A stretch of 64,000 nucleotides of DNA from an archaeon (GTDB lineage Archaea > Nanobdellota > Nanobdellia > Woesearchaeales > GCA-2686295): positions 870 through 64,869 of the forward strand of contig JBDRCD010000003.1 in NCBI GenBank assembly GCA_043822105.1, read 5' to 3'. The stretch's first letter is position 1; each line of letters begins with the position of its first letter. Positions 35,467 to 44,761 of the stretch are shown one piece after another. Below the pieces are notes generated by a model, which saw nothing but the letters and a program-made list of their open reading frames with translations, made no database searches and had not been told where the DNA came from. Both the position numbers and the translations under genes were made by a program.

Positions 35467-37134
35467 CTATTTATGTGTATAAATAAAATATAATATATTA
35501 TTAGCTTTCTTTTCCAGTCTGCAGAATCCAAACCTTTCAAACTGGATTATTTCTCCTATTTTCAGATTTGAAACCATTGGTTCAGCAATGCCTTTTATTA
35601 CTTTTTTGTCAGGCATCAGAACATTTACATCGACAAGGTCTTTTGTGAACGGAAGCCAGTGCATTATCAGCTTTCCTTCTTTTTTGTAATCATCATAGCT
35701 CTTTCCTTTGTATATGAAATATCCGTTCTTCTTGACAAAATTCATGCAGTCCATCAGCCTGTATAGCTGTTTATCCTTGAATTTTTTGATATCATTTTGT
35801 GACAGGTAGAACAAATCAGATGTTTTGAAGCTTCTCATACCTCTCTTTGGAAAATCAGGATGTAATTGCAGCTCTATCTTCATCTTTGGAGCGTCCTGCA
35901 TTCTTACCCTTACAGGTTTTTCTATGAAGAAATAACGATTGCAGTTTGCATCCAGAAGTCTTTTATTGTGAACTATCAGGTCGTCCCAAGTCTTGGTTGA
36001 CTCTGCCTTTGTTATTCCGGTGCTTAAAACAAAGTTCTTGACTGCTTCCGGCAGGAAACCTCTTCTTTTCAGGGCCACAAGGGTGGTGAGTGACGGATCG
36101 TCCCAACCGGTTAGTTTTTTGGAATCAACGAGCTCCCTTATTTTTCTGCCTGAACTTTCCACTCCCTCCATGTTGAAACGTGCAAATTCATAGATTGAGG
36201 TTTCGTTGAGACCTAGAAGTTTTTGAATGTATCTCTGTAGTTCATTTCTAAGCTCAAACTCTTTCGATCTAAATCTGTAGGTTACTCCTTCAATGCCGTC
36301 CATTACAGCGTTTTCAAAATCATAGTTTGGCCAGACAGTAAATTTATCTCCGAGTCTGCAGTGTGGTTTTTTTATTATTCTGAATATTGTTGGGTCCCGC
36401 ATGGAGCTGTTTTTGTGCTTCATATCAATTTTTAACCTCATAATTGCTTTACCTTCGGCAAAAGTAGGCATTTTTCTCCACATCAAAAGGTTCTCTTTGA
36501 TATGTTTGTATCTGCAGTCACAGGCTTTACCTTTCATTCTACCTTCCTTGATTTTCTCCTGATTGCAGGTACATATGTATGCTTTTCCAAGGTTGATTAG
36601 TTTGTCTGCGTGTCTGTAGAATTCCATCATGTGATCCGATGCGTAGTCGATTAAATCGGGTTTTATGCCCAGCCATTTGTAGTTATCCAGATGTATTTTG
36701 TAAAAATTGGTCTTTGCCAGCTCAGGATTGGTATCTTCAAATCTTAGTATGAATTTTCCGTTATGGCTCTTTGCAAATTCATAGTTTATGAACAAAGACT
36801 TTGCATGTCCAATGTGTGGATATTTGCTTGGTTCTGGTGGAAATGCAGTTACAACTTTTCCTTCAGTTTTGAAAGGCTCAAAAATTCCTCTTTTTATCTT
36901 TTCTTTCTTTTCTAGAAGTTCAGGTGCAAGCTCTCTAAGCCTTTTTTCCTGCTCTGCCGGCTTCATGGCATTGACTTTTTTTATGATTTCAGAAACTTTC
37001 TTGCTGAGATTTTTCATGTCTTTTTTGACAGAAGGATCGGCCTTGAAAACACAACCGATGACTGCTCCAGGGTTTGCCTTGCCCTTGAACTTCACAGCGT
37101 TCTCCAGAGCGTATTTTTCTATGAGTTTATCCAT
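35467..37134 (-). CDS. gltX: Glutamyl-tRNA synthetase (archaeal type)
   Basis: PSKYPHIGHAKS (HIGH motif) with archaeal/eukaryotic GluRS length and domain order. Confidence 0.9.
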   Translation of the reverse strand: MDKLIEKYALENAVKFKGKANPGAVIGCVFKADPSVKKDMKNLSKKVSEIIKKVNAMKPAEQEKRLRELAPELLEKKEKIKRGIFEPFKTEGKVVTAFPPEPSKYPHIGHAKSLFINYEFAKSHNGKFILRFEDTNPELAKTNFYKIHLDNYKWLGIKPDLIDYASDHMMEFYRHADKLINLGKAYICTCNQEKIKEGRMKGKACDCRYKHIKENLLMWRKMPTFAEGKAIMRLKIDMKHKNSSMRDPTIFRIIKKPHCRLGDKFTVWPNYDFENAVMDGIEGVTYRFRSKEFELRNELQRYIQKLLGLNETSIYEFARFNMEGVESSGRKIRELVDSKKLTGWDDPSLTTLVALKRRGFLPEAVKNFVLSTGITKAESTKTWDDLIVHNKRLLDANCNRYFFIEKPVRVRMQDAPKMKIELQLHPDFPKRGMRSFKTSDLFYLSQNDIKKFKDKQLYRLMDCMNFVKKNGYFIYKGKSYDDYKKEGKLIMHWLPFTKDLVDVNVLMPDKKVIKGIAEPMVSNLKIGEIIQFERFGFCRLEKKANNILYFIYTHK

Positions 37135-37186
37135 GTGTTAAGAAGTGGTTATATGGTTTATATAGTTTGTGAAAATTACGAAAATA

Positions 37187-37267
37187 AGATTTTTGGAATT
37201 ACAGAAAGAAAATCTTTCTGGAATGCAAAATCAGAGAGTTTTGCATATTCAAAGCCCAGAAGCTTTG
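37187..37267. repeat. Hairpin series upstream of tRNA-Ala, related to 22937..23027
   Basis: aagatttttgg, then CAGAAAG-aaaat-CTTTCTG, ATGCAAAA-tcagagag-TTTTGCAT and CAAAGC-ccagaa-GCTTTG. Confidence 0.65.
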
Positions 37268-37313
37268 AAAATAGAAAGCATTAAAAGAAATAGATAATTT
37301 TAGAATATTGTTT

Positions 37314-37387
37314 GGGCTCTTAGCTCAGTCCAGTAGAGCGCTTCGTTCGCAACGAAGAGGCCGTGGGTGCGAATCCCACAGAGTCCA
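37314..37387 (+). tRNA. tRNA-Ala(CGC), no intron
   Basis: Acceptor GGGCTCT/AGAGTCC with G3:U70, anticodon loop TTCGCAA, T arm GTGGG-TGCGAAT-CCCAC. Confidence 0.85.
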
Positions 37388-37388
37388 T

Positions 37389-37442
37389 ACAACTAATACT
37401 AGTTGACGGCTAACGTCCGTACGACATAAAGTCGTACATAGT
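37389..37442 (+). repeat. tRNA-adjacent conserved structured element, copy 2
   Basis: ACAACTAATACTAGTTGACGGCTAACGTCC, then hairpin (GTACGAC-ataaa-GTCGTAC), then ATAGT. Confidence 0.7.
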
Positions 37443-37467
37443 GGTTTTTGAGAACCACAGAGTCCAT
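37441..37467 (+). repeat. Degenerate duplicate of the tRNA-Ala 3-prime end
   Basis: T-arm-like GTGGTT...AACCAC followed by ccacagagtccat, which is identical to 37376..37388. Confidence 0.75.
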
Positions 37468-37535
37468 TAATTAACACTACTAGTTAGTAGTAAATAATCG
37501 AAACATTTAAATAAGAGTTCTGCCTATAATCACCT

Positions 37536-38204
37536 ATGAATGCATTTGAAGAATTTTTAAAGAATCAGGAACGAATTTATACTAAATTCAAAAACTCTGA
37601 AAATGATGTAAAAACAAATGGAATAGAAAGAAATTTTCGTTTGGATATGCAAGGATTTGTAATATCGATAATACATCCAGATTACGTAAATGAAAGTGTT
37701 CTGAATTTTTCAGAAAGAATAAAAGATGTTTCTCCAGCAATAATCTATCCTGCAGACGGACTGCATACAACACTGTCAACCTATCAAAACAAAGAATATG
37801 ATGGAACAGACTATGATAAGGATTTGGCAGATAAGTTATGTGATTCTGTCAGATCTGTACCAAACAAACAGCAATTTGCAATTAACTTTCCTATGTGGTT
37901 ATACAATACAAATTCTGTTTTTGTTGCAGGTTATTCCGATAAAATATTTTTTGAACTAGGTAATCAAATTCATAATAATGCTTTTAAAAAAAACATTACT
38001 CTAAATAAACAATGGGGCAGTCATATTACCGCAGCAAGATTTTTAGAAGAAAAAAATGGCAATGAGCTAACAGATTTTTTTAAACTAATGGAAGAAGCAC
38101 CTGTTATCGGAAAAAGCATTCCAACGCATATAAAAGTTGGATATCAGAGAATTACTGATGACGGATTTACCTATGAACCAATTGAATTGTTTCCTCTTGG
38201 TTGA
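37536..38204 (+). CDS. 2H phosphoesterase superfamily protein (LigT / cyclic phosphodiesterase-like)
   Basis: Two HxT/Sx motifs at the expected spacing: GLHTTLS and GSHITAARF. Confidence 0.6.
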   Translation: MNAFEEFLKNQERIYTKFKNSENDVKTNGIERNFRLDMQGFVISIIHPDYVNESVLNFSERIKDVSPAIIYPADGLHTTLSTYQNKEYDGTDYDKDLADKLCDSVRSVPNKQQFAINFPMWLYNTNSVFVAGYSDKIFFELGNQIHNNAFKKNITLNKQWGSHITAARFLEEKNGNELTDFFKLMEEAPVIGKSIPTHIKVGYQRITDDGFTYEPIELFPLG

Positions 38205-38373
38205 TTATTGTTCTCTAGTATATCAACCATTATGGGAGTTATTTTTTCAAATAGTGTCTTTATCTTGCTTTTCTTTGCCAAAAGAATCCACCTTGCTTAC
38301 CTTGTTCTTGTATTTGGTTTTATTTATAGTTTTCGTTATATTTTTAAACAAAGGCTTGATTTCTCTGTTAGTC

Positions 38374-38447
38374 GGGCGGATAGCTCAGTCCAGTAGAGCG
38401 CTTCGTTCGCAACGAAGAGGCCGTGGGTGCGAATCCCACAGAGTCCA
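38374..38447 (+). tRNA. tRNA-Ala(CGC)-like second copy with a mispaired acceptor stem (possible pseudo-tRNA)
   Basis: Nucleotides 8-74 (38381..38447) are identical to 37321..37387. The 5-prime strand is GGGCGGA, as in tRNA-Ala(GGC), so pairs 5-68, 6-67 and 7-66 are mismatched. Confidence 0.6.
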
Positions 38448-38457
38448 CTATTTTAGT

Positions 38458-38985
38458 TTAAAATAATAAATGTTTAGGACTTCTATCAAAATATGCTTGG
38501 TCTGGAATTAGAACTCTAGAAAATACATACATAAGTTTGTAAAAGGATTGAAGTTTTTCTGCAGGCATAGAAATAGTTCCATTAACATGATATATTATTT
38601 CAGATAACTCGCTTGAAACACCTGCGATGCTTTTTTTTTCTTTAGGATTCTCTGCTAAGACTGCTGCTTTTCCCAGAATTTTGGGATAATATATCTCTTC
38701 AAAAGTCAAATCAGTAATAGAATTAATCGGAGGCCTTGTTTTTGGGTCTGGGGGAACATATGCCAGTGCTTCTTTTAAATTTCTAGAAAAATCTCTCATA
38801 GAATTTACTCCTTTGCCATATTTATCATAGAGGCTCTTAATATCATCAGGATTTCTCCAAATACCCTTTAAAAACTTTGATAATAATTCCATTTCGTAAG
38901 AAAAACTTTTATCTTTCCAATCAAAAGGTTCTTTTCTCTTAAAAACTTCTTTTGGTGTTGCAGTTTTATAAGGCCAGTTAGTCAT
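38458..38985 (-). CDS. Hypothetical protein
   Basis: ORF track only. Confidence 0.4.
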   Translation of the reverse strand: MTNWPYKTATPKEVFKRKEPFDWKDKSFSYEMELLSKFLKGIWRNPDDIKSLYDKYGKGVNSMRDFSRNLKEALAYVPPDPKTRPPINSITDLTFEEIYYPKILGKAAVLAENPKEKKSIAGVSSELSEIIYHVNGTISMPAEKLQSFYKLMYVFSRVLIPDQAYFDRSPKHLLF

Positions 38986-39067
38986 TTCAATTAGGAATTA
39001 AGAGAAGTATTTATGTCTTTTTGAATATCTGTTTTCAGTTTAATTTATAAACAAACTTCTCATCCTT

Positions 39068-40261
39068 TTGGCTATGACTCAAAGCTACGAATCCAACATA
39101 TGGAAATATTACCTATTTAGATTTGTGAGTGCACTAGAATTAACAATCTCAATCTTTGTGCTCTTTTTGCTGGCCAATGATCTTTCAATGGTTCAAATAA
39201 TGCTATTGGAAAGTATTTTCATGATAACAATTTTGCTTCTCGAGGTTCCAAGTGGAGTTTTTGCAGACATATTTGGTCGGAAAAAAGCTTTGGTTTTATC
39301 CCTGCTATCTGCATCTGTGGGTTTCATTGTGTTTGGAATTGGAAACACTTTTTGGGTGTTTCTAATTGCTCAACTATTGGTTGCTTTGGGCTGGTCATTG
39401 GAATCAGGAGCTGATTCGGCTTTGGTCTATGATTCTCTAAAAGAAATCAACAAGGAAAAAGACTATGCAAAAGTGTTTGGCAGGTCAACATTCATTGCTC
39501 ATTTTACATGGGCTGGTTCAGCCTTACTAAGTGGTTTTCTGGCAATTTATCTGGGCTATAAAAATCTCTTCTTTATGACTGCTTTTTTATTTTTTCTTGG
39601 TTCTTTGATGGCTCTGTGGTTTAAAGAACCTCCAATTCATAAAAAAGTAGCTGGAAAGAACTATCTGGCTCATTTAATTGATGCAGTCAAATTTACCTAT
39701 AATCATAAAATTGTTAGAAACCTAATAATCTTTTATGGAATGTTTGCAGCCATAACTCATCTTGCATGGTTTGTGATTCAACCTTTCTATGACTCCAGTG
39801 CTTTGCCAAAGTATTTCGTTGGAATAGCAGTATCCATCTATTGTTTATTTGCAGGAATGGGTAGTTTGATAGGATACTATTTTATGGCCAAAATAAAAGT
39901 AGAAAAATTACCTTTTTTACTGCTGTTAATTGCCAGCATTTCATTTATAGGATTATTTTTTATCGGTCCACTATATGGTTTGATACTAATAGCAATAATG
40001 TCTCTTGCAAGTGGAGTTAGAGATATCTATGTAAGCAAAGGAGTGCAGGAGAATACCGATTCACACCATAGAGCAACCGTTGGTTCAATACAAAGTTTTT
40101 CCAAAAGCATAATGTATGCAATATTTGCTCCAATTTTAGGATATTTAGTTGATGTATTTACGCCGGGAGCAGCGTTCTTGTTAATGGGAATAGGATTACT
40201 GTTATTTTGTATATATTATCTAATTATGGTGAAATTAAGTAGAAACAAAGCAGTTCTTTAG
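39068..40261 (+). CDS. MFS transporter
   Basis: Twelve predicted TM helices with a GVFADIFGRKK-type loop motif. Confidence 0.75.
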   Translation: MAMTQSYESNIWKYYLFRFVSALELTISIFVLFLLANDLSMVQIMLLESIFMITILLLEVPSGVFADIFGRKKALVLSLLSASVGFIVFGIGNTFWVFLIAQLLVALGWSLESGADSALVYDSLKEINKEKDYAKVFGRSTFIAHFTWAGSALLSGFLAIYLGYKNLFFMTAFLFFLGSLMALWFKEPPIHKKVAGKNYLAHLIDAVKFTYNHKIVRNLIIFYGMFAAITHLAWFVIQPFYDSSALPKYFVGIAVSIYCLFAGMGSLIGYYFMAKIKVEKLPFLLLLIASISFIGLFFIGPLYGLILIAIMSLASGVRDIYVSKGVQENTDSHHRATVGSIQSFSKSIMYAIFAPILGYLVDVFTPGAAFLLMGIGLLLFCIYYLIMVKLSRNKAVL

Positions 40262-40299
40262 ATAATTTTTTAAACCACTGTTGAATTTCTCTGACTTAT

Positions 40300-40412
40300 G
40301 GGCGGATAGTTCAGTCTGGTAGAACGCTTGGTTGGCATACAAAGAGCCGGCTCTTTGAGTTTGGCTTGTTCCAAAAATCAAGAGGCCCCGGGTTCAAATC
40401 CCGGTTCGTCCA
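40300..40412 (+). tRNA. tRNA-Ala(GGC) with a ~39-nt intron
   Basis: Acceptor GGGCGGA/TTCGTCC with G3:U70, anticodon stem CTTGG/TCAAG, loop TTGGCA plus an intron containing the palindrome AAAGAGCCGGCTCTTT, T arm CCGGG-TTCAAAT-CCCGG. Confidence 0.8.
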
Positions 40413-40503
40413 TACTTTTAATTTTTCTTAACACCGTTTTATTCTTATAAGAATATTTTTGTCAGGAGTGTTTATATACTATTAGACGAGAAAATAATAT
40501 ATC

Positions 40504-40788
40504 ATGGATATTTCACTGGTTAAAAGGATGATTGCAGAGCAAAGGCCCTTCAGATCATGTGATATTTCTCTGTTGTTGGGACTTGACCTGACAAAACATG
40601 TTTTAGAAACTGCGCCTGAGGGCTATGGTATACCAAAAGAAGATGCAGGAACAAAAGAAGGAGAAAGAATTGTTTACCTGCAAAATGCAGGTCCTGAAAT
40701 TGTTCAAACAGCAGTATCTCAAAAACAATGGGCAAACCAAAAGTACTTTTATTACAGACCATTAAAAGTATATGAACCTACTTCTTAA
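40504..40788 (+). CDS. Hypothetical protein
   Basis: ORF track only. Confidence 0.35.
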   Translation: MDISLVKRMIAEQRPFRSCDISLLLGLDLTKHVLETAPEGYGIPKEDAGTKEGERIVYLQNAGPEIVQTAVSQKQWANQKYFYYRPLKVYEPTS

Positions 40789-40836
40789 CAGCAATCTTTT
40801 TAAACAGTTCAGTTATTCTTGAGAGTAAAGGGTGGT

Positions 40837-41593
40837 ATGAATAGCAAAAGCAAAAAAAACAGAAACAAGTGTTTCTAAGGTTCGGACAAAATCCAAACAG
40901 CCAAAAGCAAAAGCTGTTGGAGTTCAGACAAAATCCAAACCTTCTAAAAAATACAAGGCAATATTTTTTGACTTCTGGGGAACAGTAGTAGAGAACGGAA
41001 TATTTCCCAGTCCGGTAAGGCAGGCACAACGAATTCTAAGAATAAATGTTCCTTTTCCAGAATACATACAGAAGTTTGAAAGTTCATTCATGACCAAGAA
41101 ATTTGACACACTAACAGAGTATTTTCGCAATGTAACAAAGGAGTTTGGAACAAATCCGCCTGAATTTGTCTATGAGAAACTTGTAGGTATGTGGAATAAG
41201 AACACTATTCTTTGCAAACCATTTCCAGAGACAATTGAAGTGTTGGATGAATTAAAGAAAGATTACAAGCTGGTATTGATTTCAAACACAGACTGTTTGT
41301 CTGTTCCACAGCTGCTTGAAAAGTTTGACCTTAACAAGTATTTTGATGAAGTGGTCCTTTCATGTGATATTGGCTCTTTGAAAACAGACAAGGAGATATT
41401 TGAGATGCCACTTAAAAAACTGAAGCTGAAAAAAACAGAAGTTATAATGGTAGGCGACTCTATTCCAACAGACATTGAAGGCGCTGCAAAAGCAGGAATT
41501 GCAGGAATTCTTGTCGACAGACGTGGAACAAGAGAGTTTGAGAACAAGATTTCTAGCTTAACTGAACTTAAAGAAAAACTTGAAAATGAATGA
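40837..41593 (+). CDS. HAD-superfamily hydrolase with an apparent frameshift in an A8 run near the 5-prime end
   Basis: Motif I (KAIFFDFWGT) lies upstream of the ORF-track start at 41090 and in the same frame. The only SD-preceded ATG (40837) is one frame off. An A8 run at 40852..40859 separates them. C-terminal part: LISNTD...MVGDSIPTDIEGAAKAG. Confidence 0.6.
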
Positions 41594-41996
41594 TTGTATT
41601 TTTTGCAAGATTGTGAATACAGGTGAGATTCCCTCATCTAAGATATACGAAGATAATGAGTTCTATGCTTTTCTAGATATTAACCCAATAAACAAAGGAC
41701 ATGTACTTGTAGTTCCAAAAACTCATTGTAGAAATTTGCTTGATTTTCCAAGAAACCAGGAAGCTGATGCTATGGAAGTTCTGAAAAAAGTTGCAAAAGC
41801 AGTAGTAAAAGCTACAAATGCAGATGGATTTAACATGGGAATGAATAACGAACCAGCTGCAGGGCAAGTAATATTTCACGCTCACTTTCACATAATCCCT
41901 AGATTTAAAGACGATGGCCTTCATTCTTGGCCTGATAAGAATTATGATGAAGGGGAGATGGAGAAATACAGACAAGAAATAGTTAAATATATATAG
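41580..41996 (+). CDS. HIT-family (histidine triad) protein
   Basis: HAHFHIIPR histidine triad. Confidence 0.85.
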   Translation: MKMNDCIFCKIVNTGEIPSSKIYEDNEFYAFLDINPINKGHVLVVPKTHCRNLLDFPRNQEADAMEVLKKVAKAVVKATNADGFNMGMNNEPAAGQVIFHAHFHIIPRFKDDGLHSWPDKNYDEGEMEKYRQEIVKYI

Positions 41997-42020
41997 GAAA
42001 CTTTTTTCTTTTTAGTCGTT

Positions 42021-42142
42021 GTCGGCGTAGTATAGCCTGGTTAATGCCCCAGACTCATATATTTGAGTGTTGAGCTGAAAAGCGATGATAATAACTTGAT
42101 GGGGATATCTGGTGATCGGGGGCTCAAATCCCCCCGCCGACA
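42021..42142 (+). tRNA. tRNA(CAT) with a ~47-nt intron. Elongator Met or Ile2 cannot be distinguished by eye.
   Basis: Acceptor GTCGGCG/CGCCGAC (G1:C72, so not an initiator), anticodon stem CCAGA/TCTGG, loop CTCATA plus intron, T arm GGGGG-CTCAAAT-CCCCC. Confidence 0.75.
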
Positions 42143-42196
42143 CTATTTTCTTTTTTCTTCAAAAAGTTTATAAAGTTTAGTTTCTAGTGAAGTAAT

Positions 42197-43477
42197 ATGT
42201 TAGATATTAAGAATATAAGAGAAAACCCAAAAGAAGTAAGGAAAAACCTTGCAAAAAGAAAAGACCCTGCTCTTCTAAAGATATTTGACAACATTCTAAG
42301 TATTGATGAAAAGTACAGAAAAATTTTATACTCTGTTGAACAATTGAAAGCTCAAAGAAATAAAAGTAGTCTTCAGATTAACGAGCTGAAAAAAGCAAAG
42401 AAAGATTTCAAAAAAGTAATAGTGCAGGTTCAAAACATTAACAAAGAAATGGCCAGGAAAGAAGGAGAATTGGTAAATATAAGGGCAAAGTTAAATGGGG
42501 ATTTGATGCGCCTACCTAATCTACTGCATGAAAGCGTTCCTGTGGGAAAGGACGATTCCGACAATGTGGAAGTGAAAAAAGTTGGAAAACTTCCAAAGTT
42601 TGGTTTCAAGCCAAAGAATCACTTGGAACTGTTGGAGAATATAAAACTTATTGATTCGGAGCGAGCAAGTAAGAATACAGGCAGTGGATTTTTTTATCTA
42701 AAAGGAGATCTTGCTTTGCTGGACTACGCTCTTCAAATGTTTACAATAGATTTTCTGTTAAAAAGAGGATTTACACTTGTAGAACCACCACATATGATGC
42801 GAAGAAAACCCTATGAAGGAGTAACTGACCTCGCAGACTTTGAAAACGTGATGTATAAAATTGAAGGTGATGATTTATATCTAATTGCAACTTCAGAGCA
42901 TCCAATGGCTGCGATGCATATGAACGAAATACTCAACGCAGAGAATATGCCTATAAAACTCTGTGGAATAAGTCCATGCTATAGACGAGAAGTTGGTTCC
43001 CATGGAAAGTATACTAAAGGTCTCTTTAGAATGCATCAGTTTAACAAAATAGAACAGTTTGTTTTCTGTCACCCAAAGGATTCATGGAAAATGCATACAG
43101 AACTACAGAAAAACTCTGAAGATATATGCAAAGAACTGGGCATTCCCTATCGCGTTGTAAACGTATGCACAGGGGATTTAGGAACACTTGCAGCAAAGAA
43201 ATTTGACACAGAAATGCTCATGGCAGATGGAAACTATAGAGAAGTTGGTTCAAACTCTAACTGCACAGATTATCAGGCAAGAAGACTTGGAATAAGATAC
43301 CAGGAAAGCGAAGGAAAACCAGTGGCAGGATATGTTCATACATTAAACAACACAGCCGTTGCAACAAGTCGAATAATGATTGCCATAATTGAGAACAATC
43401 AGAACAGAGATGGTTCTATAAATATTCCTAAAGTTCTACAGAAGTATATGGGGAAAAAGTTTATTAAGAAGAATTAG
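42197..43477 (+). CDS. serS: Seryl-tRNA synthetase
   Basis: N-terminal coiled coil and class II motifs (YRREVGSHG..., TLNNTAVATSR). Confidence 0.9.
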   Translation: MLDIKNIRENPKEVRKNLAKRKDPALLKIFDNILSIDEKYRKILYSVEQLKAQRNKSSLQINELKKAKKDFKKVIVQVQNINKEMARKEGELVNIRAKLNGDLMRLPNLLHESVPVGKDDSDNVEVKKVGKLPKFGFKPKNHLELLENIKLIDSERASKNTGSGFFYLKGDLALLDYALQMFTIDFLLKRGFTLVEPPHMMRRKPYEGVTDLADFENVMYKIEGDDLYLIATSEHPMAAMHMNEILNAENMPIKLCGISPCYRREVGSHGKYTKGLFRMHQFNKIEQFVFCHPKDSWKMHTELQKNSEDICKELGIPYRVVNVCTGDLGTLAAKKFDTEMLMADGNYREVGSNSNCTDYQARRLGIRYQESEGKPVAGYVHTLNNTAVATSRIMIAIIENNQNRDGSINIPKVLQKYMGKKFIKKN

Positions 43478-43959
43478 AATATTCTGTTGAAATAATTCAT
43501 AACTTTCTTTGGAACGCTTTTTTCTGTTTTGAAAATATCTGGACTGACTTTAAGAGTGTCGTTCTCATGGGCAATGTACATGCTTCCTTTGTTCATAATG
43601 AAATAAACATCATTGAATTTTGCTGTTTCTGAATAACCATTATTGGCTCTTTTTTCAAGGCCAGAAAACATATCTTGGTTGGTTGGTAGCATGTCATAAT
43701 ATATTGGTAGTTTTTTTTTAGATTCGGAGTTGAGAAGATAGGTCTCGTTCTTTCCATAATCATTTGTTTCCCAATTAACTTCCAGTCCAGAAGGATTATT
43801 GAAGAAGTTTTTCTCAATTGGTTGTCCTCCGTCGAAAAGATTATAGTCTAACTTTCTTAGTTCTGAATGATTTACATATGCTATAAGAGCAACCGTGAAC
43901 AGACTAAGCTTAGCAAACACAGCCCAACTAAAGTTTCCAAGTTTTCCCATTTTTTTCAC
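43474..43959 (-). CDS. Membrane-anchored hypothetical protein
   Basis: ORF track. One N-terminal TM helix. Confidence 0.4.
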   Translation of the reverse strand: MKKMGKLGNFSWAVFAKLSLFTVALIAYVNHSELRKLDYNLFDGGQPIEKNFFNNPSGLEVNWETNDYGKNETYLLNSESKKKLPIYYDMLPTNQDMFSGLEKRANNGYSETAKFNDVYFIMNKGSMYIAHENDTLKVSPDIFKTEKSVPKKVMNYFNRIF

Positions 43960-43975
43960 CTTGTGTGATGGGATT

Positions 43976-43993
43976 CAAAAATATCAATTTTTG
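43976..43993. repeat. Palindrome CAAAAAT-atca-ATTTTTG (same family as the 38-nt repeat core), possible bidirectional terminator
   Basis: Flanked by GGGA...TCCC. It lies just downstream of the last gene of the long minus-strand operon. Confidence 0.6.
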
Positions 43994-44115
43994 TTTTCCC
44001 ATTTTAGAAAGACTTAGAAGAAAATGTTTAATAAGTTTTTTTGGGGAAATTTCGGAGAATTTGCGGTGGTGAGAAGGACGACAGGGGTTATTTCTATGTC
44101 TTCTTAAGTTATTTT

Positions 44116-44760
44116 CTATCTTTTATATTTGAGTTCTCGTAATCTTCTTTCTGTCTCTTCTTTTACTGCTCTCATACCTGCTCCATCATCATTTTTTTGA
44201 TTGAATGAATCCCTTACTTGTCTAAGAGATTTTCCATTGTGATAACGTGCGCTAGGATTTATCGCCAATGCTTCATCGAAGACTTTTATTGTAGTAGCCC
44301 AGTCACCTTGCAATCTAAATGAATCACCCAGTATCATATACCAGTAGTCATCCTTTGGGTATCTTTGTGTTCCCATGAAAAAAAATAACTGTCTGTTTTT
44401 TCTTTCTTTTTTTGTTCTTCCAAAACTATCTGTAGTCTTTTTTACTTTGTTCATGTAGGATTCATCTATATTTATTGCTTTCTCGAAATAATCCCAAGCT
44501 ACATTTTGTAATCCAAAGTATTTTTTGTTTAGCTCTTTTATTCCTTTATTATAGAGTTCTTCTGCTTCTTTTATTTTATCTTCGCTTAAGATAGTGGGTT
44601 TTGTTATTTTCTTTGGTTTAGTTTCCATATTATCTTTTTGTTGGATTGTATTTTCTTCTTTTGTTGGCTTTCTGTCTTTTATCTTGTTTTCTATTCCGCC
44701 AGATATTATCTCTGTTTCCCTGTCTTTGATTTTCTTCTCTATCCCGCCTTGTTCTACCAT
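44116..44760 (-). CDS. TPR-like protein, paralog 4, with a duplicated GGIE(K/N)KIKDR N-terminal motif
   Basis: MVEQGGIEKKIKDRETEIISGGIENKIKDRK... with TPR-like helices in the C-terminal half. Confidence 0.65.
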   Translation of the reverse strand: MVEQGGIEKKIKDRETEIISGGIENKIKDRKPTKEENTIQQKDNMETKPKKITKPTILSEDKIKEAEELYNKGIKELNKKYFGLQNVAWDYFEKAINIDESYMNKVKKTTDSFGRTKKERKNRQLFFFMGTQRYPKDDYWYMILGDSFRLQGDWATTIKVFDEALAINPSARYHNGKSLRQVRDSFNQKNDDGAGMRAVKEETERRLRELKYKR

Positions 44761-44761
44761 T

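Noticed and set aside
42060-42110. A C/D box sRNA embedded in the tRNA(CAT) intron
   Set aside because: Only a CUGA and an imperfect GAUGAUA are present, and in the wrong order for a terminal C/D pair. About 47 nt is too short for a complete C/D-C'/D' guide. It is kept only as a remark.
44040-44100. A relatively GC-richer stretch (ggggaaatttcggagaatttgcggtggtgagaaggacgacagggg) as a small ncRNA
   Set aside because: I could not fold it into a convincing helix or recognise any box motifs. It is probably just 3-prime UTR or spacer sequence of the operon.
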